Shown: in pieces, positions 19,660 through 26,760 of the stretch
How positions within the stretch are numbered: position 1 is the first letter of the stretch
Layout of the letters: every line of letters begins with the position of its first letter
NCBI GenBank assembly: GCA_036339585.1
Contig: JAYZAS010000004.1
Location: 318,773 to 382,772 of the forward strand
From: Pseudomonadota bacterium
Lineage (GTDB): Bacteria > Pseudomonadota > Alphaproteobacteria > UBA8366
DNA length: 64,000 nucleotides
Direction: 5' to 3'
The notes under the pieces: generated by a model
Databases searched by the model: none
Told to the model about the DNA's origin: nothing
What the model saw: only the letters and a program-made list of their open reading frames with translations
Position numbers and translations under genes: made by a program

Positions 19660-20880
19660 TTAGTCATTAAGCCTGTGTTCTTGTGCCCTTGGTACAAGCT
19701 GTGTCTTACCAACGTGCCTAATACCTTTATCCTCATGCTTGATGCATTTTGAGTGCAGATCAAGAAACAATTTGCCTGCATTTGTTTCTCCCCAAAACCA
19801 ATCGGCTGCTGACCGGCTATTTCGAACATTAGATTTTGCCGTAGCAGCTTCAAGATACCACATCTTTACGTCCTCACAAGTAAAGCGAAAAACCTCGCCC
19901 AAAGCCATATCTTCCCTAGGATTTTTCGGAGTTCCTTGAAGAAATCCAGCCAAAAACTCTACGGCCTCTTTGATGTTCAATCCACTAAGCCCGAAGGTTG
20001 TCCTTCCTCGCTCATCAAGCGCGAGATTGTACCATGGTTTCATCAAATCAATTTCTGTAAAAATCTCTTTTAACACTTCATTGTTGCTTTCGACTGCTGG
20101 CTTCGGGAAACCGACCGGGCAAAAAATTCCCGATTCTTCAAAAGAATGACCCCCGGGTGGATCTTCATCGAAATCTTCTAAAATAACCGGTCCATCCGTG
20201 CGCTCTAGAAGAGACAACAGTGAAGAGAGTACCTTTGTCTGGAATTCAGGCTCATTTGGAGCTCCAAACGGCCGACCAAGCTCAAATGGCACCCAAAGTG
20301 CCCTTGGTGGCCGAATGCGCTCTGTATTTTCGCGTACCAAGCTAATACCGGCCGTCGCCAGTCCTTTTTCCTCAATGTAATGCCCAACCGCGCCGACCGC
20401 ACGGGTGCAATTTGGTCAAACCGGCACCAATAAAACTGCGTTCACATTGTCTTCACGAAGCAAACCCGCAAGCTCATGACAAGTGGGCTTAATCTCATGC
20501 GGAAGCCACCCTGCCCCCATCAAAGAATAGTGAAACTTGCCAATAGATCCAATTTTTCCCTCGTCCTCAAGTTCGCGCAATCTATCAAGTGGGAAAACAA
20601 CGTTAATATCTTGCTGAAATCCGGTACGGTCGTAATTCACGGAAGTGTGGGTCATTACGATATCGTTTAGATCTATGTCTCCAGGGATTACCCTGTACCC
20701 CGTATCCTGTAGGAGAAAGTTTTTGTCCTTTCGCCTGTGAAGCCCGGCCGTTGTAACAATCGCCACTCTTCGGTCCTCGAGAGCGGGGCCCGAAACAAAT
20801 GGCTCGTTATCGAAAACGGGACACTCCTTTTCACGCAAATGCTTGGCGTCAAGTGCGGGAATGTCTTTCAATCGAACCAT
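19660..20880 (-). CDS. GrdB/PrdB-family selenoprotein B-like protein, copy A (in-frame UGA = Sec at codon 155)
   Basis: Track ORFs 20416..20931 and 19660..20340 share one frame. They are separated only by TGA (20416-20418) plus 25 open sense codons. Read-through gives ...NAVLLVPV-U-PNCTRAVGAVGHYIEEKGLATAGISLVRENTERIRPPRALWVPFELGRPFGAP... I set the start at ATG 20880 (MVRLKDIP..., matching the paralog's MVRLTDLS...), 4 nt after the paralog's TAA. RVAIVTTAG, SVNYDR and FPLDRLRELE resemble the GRDB family. Confidence 0.75.
20383..20418 (-). other. in-frame UGA (20416-20418) with candidate SECIS-like hairpin 11-33 nt downstream
   Basis: mRNA reads UGA-CCAAAUUGCA-CCCGUGCG-GUCGG-CGCGGUUGGG. The pairs are CCC/GGG, G-U, a 2-nt bulge, then UGCG/CGCG, closing on a G/U-containing 5-nt apical loop. 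Folded by hand only. Confidence 0.45.
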
Positions 20881-20884
20881 TAAG

Positions 20885-22105
20885 TTAACCTTTAGATCGA
20901 TCAATAAGGTGCTGAAATCCTCTTGGGACAATTCCCTTTGTCCCCATTATTGTCAAGCGCTTTTGGTTCGACAACGCCATCAAAGATGCAAGCTGAATCA
21001 AGGTTGCGCCAGCTGCTGTCTCACACCAAAACCATTCAGATATTTCTTCGCTAATCGTTCCCGGTTGCAGGCTAGCAGCTTCGTAGTACCAAACCTTCAA
21101 ATCGTCGGCTGCAAATTTAAGCTTTTGCGCCAATAACTTATCTTTTCCTGTATCAGTAATATCGTGATCAGCAATAAACCCGTCTATGAAAGTAGCGATC
21201 TCGCCTATATCTAGGCCGCTAACCCCAAATACTGTTCGGCCTGTCTTTGCGTTATTCGAAATTCGGCATGGCGCAAGCAAAGATATTTCTTTCGCTAATG
21301 CTTTGCTAGGATATTTTATCCACCTTGCGCGCGGCGGAAGGTTCACCGGACACGACCAGCGATCAGTTTTCTCGTTTACGGCCCTATAACCCTGATCCGA
21401 AAAATTCTCTAAAACCGGCACATCCGAGCGCACCAAGAGGCCTAGCCCGGCCTCGAGGACACGGCGTTGCAAGCTTGGTGAATCCGGTGCCCCCATTGGC
21501 CTTCCCAACGGAAACGGAACCCAAAGAGCACGAGGGGGATTTATTTTTTCTGAATGTTCACGCACAAGACTAATTTGGACTGTTGAAATTCCTTTATCTT
21601 CAATATACCTTGCTAATCCGCCAACGGCGCGCGTACAATTCGGTCATACTGGCGTTAGAAAGACGGCATTAACCCGATCTTCTTTTAGCATACCTATCAT
21701 ATTCTCGGCGCTCTTCTTCAGTGCTCCCGGCTCTGTTGCGCCCATAAAAGAGTAATGTGATGAGGCAATCGATCCTATTGTTTTCGCCTCTTCTAATTCT
21801 CGGAGTCGATCAATTGGAAAAACAGTATTCAGGTCTTGTACAAAGGCGCTGCGGTCATAGTTAACCGATGCATGGCTCATTATAATGTCACCGGCATCTG
21901 CAGAGCTCGGAATAACGCGGTAGTCACTAGATCCAGCTGAAAAAGTTTCATCATCTTTCATTGAGATGCCAGCCGAAGTGATGAGCGCAACCCGAGCAGT
22001 CCCTAAATCTGGAGCAACAGAAAGCGGGGATCCATCAAACTGCGGACATGGAAGCCGCAGTAAATTCTCTGCTTCACCTTTCGATAGATCAGTCAATCGC
22101 ACCAT
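20885..22105 (-). CDS. GrdB/PrdB-family selenoprotein B-like protein, copy B (in-frame UGA = Sec at codon 154)
   Basis: Track ORFs 21644..22105 and 20885..21565 share one frame. They are separated only by TGA (21644-21646) plus 26 open sense codons. Read-through gives ...NAVFLTPV-U-PNCTRAVGGLARYIEDKGISTVQISLVREHSEKINPPRALWVPFPLGRPMGAP... Total length is 1221 nt, identical to copy A. Confidence 0.75.
21610..21646 (-). other. in-frame UGA (21644-21646) with weaker candidate SECIS-like structure
   Basis: mRNA reads UGA-CCGAAUUGUACGCG-CGCC-GUU-GGCG-GAUUAGCAA. There is an inner 4-bp GC stem with a GUU loop and a possible outer UUGU/GCAA helix. This is clearly less convincing than copy A. Confidence 0.3.
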
Positions 22106-22160
22106 AAATTTACTACAAAGTAATGACCTAATAAAAAGTAATCAAGTCAGGAACGCCATG

Positions 22161-23708
22161 TCAGACATCCCCTTTTTTATCTCGAAGATCTGAGAACCGA
22201 AATGCTCCCGTAACTTGAATAGCTAACAAATAAATGCTCCCTCCACAAATAATGAGACCCAAGAGAGCGCTTGATCGACTTAACTCGCTACCAGCAAGAG
22301 GGCTAGATAACACATCAACCCCGGCTAGCAAACCCGCCGCCATAAATACAGTCGAAAACACAATCCGGGGCAACCTAGCTAGTAGATTAGTATCAAACCG
22401 AAAGTAACCACGCCGGATGAGCAAAGCAGCGAGCGCAAAAACGTTTATCCAAGCCGTTAATGACGTAGCAAGCGCAATACCTACGTGTCCAAGATATTGC
22501 ATCAAAAAAACTGCCAAGATAACGTTGAGAATCATAGAAATAGCGGCGATCTTTACCGGCGTTATAGTATCTTTACGAGCAAAAAATCCAGGGGAGAATG
22601 CTTTTATAAGAACAAAAGCTGGTAACCCATAGGCAAAAGCAGCGAGGGCTTTTGCCGTAGCCTTTGCATCAATTGGCATAAATTCGCCACGTTGAAACAA
22701 AACCACTGCTATTGGCTCAGCCAGCACCAAAAAAGCGGCTGAAGCCGGTATACAAAGTACCAAACAAAGTTCTATCGCCCTGTTCTGAATACTTATTGCG
22801 AGCTTCAAATTTCCCTTAGCAATGTTCCGGCTGAGTGCTGGCAAAAGAGCTACACCGATGGCAACGCCAACAATGCCAAGGGGAAATTGATTAATTCTAT
22901 CTGCATAGTAAAGCCACGAAACGGACCCTTCAGATAATAAAGAAGCTAATATTACATCCACAACCAAGTTTATATGAACCACCCCAGCCCCAATAACTCC
23001 TGGCAGCATCAATCTAAGCAACCTTTTTACTTCTGGGGAGAGCTTGGGGTATGGCAACCGAAGCAATAATCCAGCCCGGCGACATGCAAATACCAGCCAG
23101 AGAAATTGAACTACTCCGGACAGACAAACACCCCAAGCTAGGGCATGAGCAGTTGAAGATACCACCCCTTCGCGGACTAATAGTAGCACCGCGATCAAAA
23201 TAAGATTTAATCCGATGGGGGCGGCGGCCGTTTCAGCAAAACGATCCAATGCATTCAGCATTCCACCCAACAATGATAGCAAAGCCATGAATAATAAGTA
23301 CGGAAAGGTAATCTGGGTTAACTCAATCACCAGCTGAAATTTTTCCGGCTGTTCTTTAAAACCCGGGGCTACCAAAATCATCAGCCACGGCATGAGAAGC
23401 AAAGCGAGAAGTGTAAATCCAGTCAACACGCTAACCATAATTGCGTTTACCTGCGCGGCAAATTGTTTGGCGGCAGCAAGACCATTTTTTGCTAAATGCT
23501 CCGAAAACAACGGAACAAATGCAGAATTAAATGCTCCCTCGGCGAAAATACGGCGAAAAAAATTCGGGAATTTAAAGGCGACGAAGAACACGTCTGCCAC
23601 CAAGCTCGCGCCAACAACGCTTGCAATAAGCACATCTCGGACGAAGCCCAATATTCGACTTGCCATTGTCCAGGAGCCGAGAGTGAGGAAAGCACGATAA
23701 ATTGCCAT
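22161..23708 (-). CDS. murJ: lipid II flippase MurJ (MviN)
   Basis: 515 aa, polytopic, with N-terminal SRILGFVRDVLIA. Located downstream of glnD. Confidence 0.92.
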   Translation of the reverse strand: MAIYRAFLTLGSWTMASRILGFVRDVLIASVVGASLVADVFFVAFKFPNFFRRIFAEGAFNSAFVPLFSEHLAKNGLAAAKQFAAQVNAIMVSVLTGFTLLALLLMPWLMILVAPGFKEQPEKFQLVIELTQITFPYLLFMALLSLLGGMLNALDRFAETAAAPIGLNLILIAVLLLVREGVVSSTAHALAWGVCLSGVVQFLWLVFACRRAGLLLRLPYPKLSPEVKRLLRLMLPGVIGAGVVHINLVVDVILASLLSEGSVSWLYYADRINQFPLGIVGVAIGVALLPALSRNIAKGNLKLAISIQNRAIELCLVLCIPASAAFLVLAEPIAVVLFQRGEFMPIDAKATAKALAAFAYGLPAFVLIKAFSPGFFARKDTITPVKIAAISMILNVILAVFLMQYLGHVGIALATSLTAWINVFALAALLIRRGYFRFDTNLLARLPRIVFSTVFMAAGLLAGVDVLSSPLAGSELSRSSALLGLIICGGSIYLLAIQVTGAFRFSDLRDKKGDV

Positions 23709-23918
23709 TTAAACCCTAGTAATCAACAAGAAAAGAATTTTCCTACGTCATCAGCCTCATAAATGAACACCTATCCTGCCGTTGAGGTTGTATTTGTTCG
23801 TGATAAGTCTAAAGAGCTCTAAACCAGCTTTATCTCTGTGTCATCACGACCACATCAAGTTCGAAAAACCTCCTGACAAAATTAAAGGGTCGTCCATATG
23901 ACCCGAACAAATCCTAGA

Positions 23919-26702
23919 TCAACCTGCGGAAACATTAGAATAGTTGGCGGTTGATTTTCCCAAACTTGTATCCGCCAAAGGGTCTTGTAGGGTGGCCATT
24001 AAAACCTCTGTAACTTGCGCCATCTTTCCAGATTGATCTATTTTCGTGCCGAACAAATCCTGCAAATAAAAAACATCGACTACCTGCTCACCAAATGTAG
24101 ATATTTTTGCTGAGTAAACTTGCAAACTGAGTTTATATAGAGCTTCAGATAACGCAAACAATAAACCCGGCCTATCACGTCCGTTGACTTCAATGACTGT
24201 GTAACGGTTTGAAGCCTTGTTATCAATAATCACACGTGGCTCGACAGTAAAAACAGACGTTCGTTTCGGCTGACCTTGTCGCTTGCTCAACTCGCTCGCA
24301 ATGTTTAGCTCTCCAGCTAAGGCTTTATTTATGAGTTCAGATAACCGGGCCATTTTTTCGTCTGGCCGGGGAAAAGCGCCTCCCGTCGAGTCCTGGATAA
24401 GAAAACTATCAAGACCTTTCCCATTGTTCAGAGTATTGATTTTAGCCTCAACAATATTTACTCCCGACAATGCCATAGCACCACTTATTCGACTAAATAG
24501 GCCAGGATGATCACCGGCATAAATCGTCACTTCGGTAGCGCCTTTTCCACGATCAATATCCGTATCCAAGACGAGTGGTGTACCAAGGCTTTCAGCTTCT
24601 TGAATCAATAAAGCTTGATGATACAGTGTTTTCAGACTGTAGGCTGTCCAATACCCGTCATGACCGCGAGCAATATGGGCATCAATGTCGCGCACGGGCC
24701 AATCTTTGAGCACTTTTCGCAAACCGGATACAATGACTGCAGCGGCAGAGTCTCTACCATCTTCTTTAAGGCCACCAGATATAAAAGCCTCCGCGCGATA
24801 GTAGAGATCTCGCAACAGACTTGCCTTCCAATTATTCCATCGACCTGGCCCAACGGCACGGATGTCCGCAACAGTCAAGCACAAGAGTAATCTCAGCCTC
24901 TCCGGTGATTGAACAATGTCAACAAAGTCGATAATGGTTTTGGGGTCGCTAAGGTCGCGTTTTGCAAAGGTTTCACTCATGAAAAGATGATGCCGCACTA
25001 ACCACGCAACGGTTTCAGTCTGCTCTGGCGACAGTCCAAGTCTGGGGCAAAGCTTTGTTGCAACCTCAGCTCCTAACTCAGAGTGGTTCCCTCCTCTTCC
25101 CTTAGCAATATCATGCAACAAAACGGCCACATACAAGACTTCCCGTGATGCAATCTCATGTACGACCCTACTTTCCAAAGGGTGCTCCGCAACTAATTCG
25201 CCTGCCTCGATTCGGCTCAAAACCCCAATCGCACGGATAGTATGTTCGTCGGTAGTATAAACGTGATACATATCGTACTGCATCTGTGCCACCACCCGGC
25301 CAAAATCGGTCACAAATCTGCCAAACACTCCTGCCTCATTGAGCCTACGTAATGTAGTCTCAGGATTATTTTTTGACGTCAAGATATCGAGGAAGATTTT
25401 GTTAGCAGCGGAATCATTGCGGAGTTCGTTATCTATGCGGGCTAGGTCGCGCGTAATCATTTGCAACGCTACGGGATGAATGTCCAGCCTAAGACGCTGG
25501 CTCACCTCGAATAATCTCAACATATCTATGGGGCACATTTTGAAATGCTTACGTGATGATACTGTTAGGCGACCGCGGTTAATGACGAAGCCCTCGATCT
25601 CACGATTGAAAAGTGTCGGCATTCTAAAAATGCGAGATGGCTGATGGCGGGCCTCAAGTGCCGCGCAAAAAATTCGAGTCAGGTCACCCACGTCTTTGGC
25701 GATTAAAAAATAGTGTTTCATGAAACGTTCTACGCCAGACGTTCCAGCGTGATCTCGGTATCCCATTCTATTTGCAAGCTGAGGCTGAACATCGAATGTA
25801 AGACGCTCTTCTGCACGACCCGATAAATAGTGCAAATTGCAGCGGAGAGTCCAAAGGAACCCCTGTGCCTTGGCAAACACTTTGAACTCCTGAGAGGTTA
25901 GCACCCGTTTATCAACCAACCGGCCAATATCAGTAACTTTATAAAGATACTTGGCTATCCAAAATAAGGTCTGCAAATCACGCAAGCCGCCCTTACCTTC
26001 TTTTATGTTAGGCTCCAAAACATATCGCGAGTTACCCACCCTATCGTGCCGTTCATCGCGCTCTGCAAGTTTTGCCTCAACGAAATCGGGCCCCGTTCCC
26101 TCGACTACTTCACCGAAGAATCGTTGGCGTAATTCTTTAAATAATGATTTGTCCCCGCAAACGTAACGAGATTCTAACAAACCTGTCCGAATGGTTATGT
26201 CATCTCTGGCCTGCCGAATGTTTTCATCGATTGAACGGGTTGCATGTCCAACCTTGAAATTTAGGTCCCAAAGTGTGTAGAGAATTAATTCTACAATCTG
26301 CTCCCCACGTGGTGTTTGTTTATATGGTTGGACAAACAGCAGGTCCAAGTCGGATTTTGGGGCTAATTCTCCACGGCCATAACCTCCGAAAGCCGTTATA
26401 CAAAGGTGATCCGCCGCTGTTGGATTGGGAGCCGGATAAAAATATTCGACTCCTATATCATATATCACTCGAATAAGCTGGTCTATCAGAAAACAATAAC
26501 CCTGCACTGCAAGGGCGCCATCTTGGCTTTTGTTGAACTGACTCTCAATTTCTCCAGAGCCACGCTCGATCTCTTTTCTGTAAAGCCCAAGCAAAGATTT
26601 CCGAGCTTGTTCACCCGTTCCATTTTTGTGCACAACCGTCCGGGCCCTTTTCAGAAGGGAGTTGCGGCTGATTATCTTCGAGTACCTTTTAACTTCATCC
26701 AT
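23919..26702 (-). CDS. glnD: [protein-PII] uridylyltransferase/uridylyl-removing enzyme
   Basis: 927 aa with a nucleotidyltransferase motif GGYGRGELAPKSDLDLL, an HD domain (LLHDIAKG) and two C-terminal ACT-like repeats. Confidence 0.95.
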   Translation of the reverse strand: MDEVKRYSKIISRNSLLKRARTVVHKNGTGEQARKSLLGLYRKEIERGSGEIESQFNKSQDGALAVQGYCFLIDQLIRVIYDIGVEYFYPAPNPTAADHLCITAFGGYGRGELAPKSDLDLLFVQPYKQTPRGEQIVELILYTLWDLNFKVGHATRSIDENIRQARDDITIRTGLLESRYVCGDKSLFKELRQRFFGEVVEGTGPDFVEAKLAERDERHDRVGNSRYVLEPNIKEGKGGLRDLQTLFWIAKYLYKVTDIGRLVDKRVLTSQEFKVFAKAQGFLWTLRCNLHYLSGRAEERLTFDVQPQLANRMGYRDHAGTSGVERFMKHYFLIAKDVGDLTRIFCAALEARHQPSRIFRMPTLFNREIEGFVINRGRLTVSSRKHFKMCPIDMLRLFEVSQRLRLDIHPVALQMITRDLARIDNELRNDSAANKIFLDILTSKNNPETTLRRLNEAGVFGRFVTDFGRVVAQMQYDMYHVYTTDEHTIRAIGVLSRIEAGELVAEHPLESRVVHEIASREVLYVAVLLHDIAKGRGGNHSELGAEVATKLCPRLGLSPEQTETVAWLVRHHLFMSETFAKRDLSDPKTIIDFVDIVQSPERLRLLLCLTVADIRAVGPGRWNNWKASLLRDLYYRAEAFISGGLKEDGRDSAAAVIVSGLRKVLKDWPVRDIDAHIARGHDGYWTAYSLKTLYHQALLIQEAESLGTPLVLDTDIDRGKGATEVTIYAGDHPGLFSRISGAMALSGVNIVEAKINTLNNGKGLDSFLIQDSTGGAFPRPDEKMARLSELINKALAGELNIASELSKRQGQPKRTSVFTVEPRVIIDNKASNRYTVIEVNGRDRPGLLFALSEALYKLSLQVYSAKISTFGEQVVDVFYLQDLFGTKIDQSGKMAQVTEVLMATLQDPLADTSLGKSTANYSNVSAG

Positions 26703-26760
26703 AATGAAAGATGTGCGCTTACACCATCTTCATTGCAAGAAAAACTACGTCCAAAAACAT

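Noticed and set aside
20205-20402. 65-aa minus-strand ORF across the copy A spacer, in another frame
   Set aside because: It is out of frame with the conserved read-through frame, has a low-complexity translation, and is fully overlapped by the selenoprotein reading frame.
19660-22105. Reading the four GrdB-like ORFs as four separate genes, as pseudogenes, or as evidence of a reassigned UGA codon
   Set aside because: Both interruptions are single TGAs at the same aligned codon, inside a U-x-x-C context of a known selenoprotein family. The downstream 25-26 'non-coding' codons are conserved at the protein level. The downstream ORFs have no ATG or RBS of their own. TGA clearly terminates other genes in the window.
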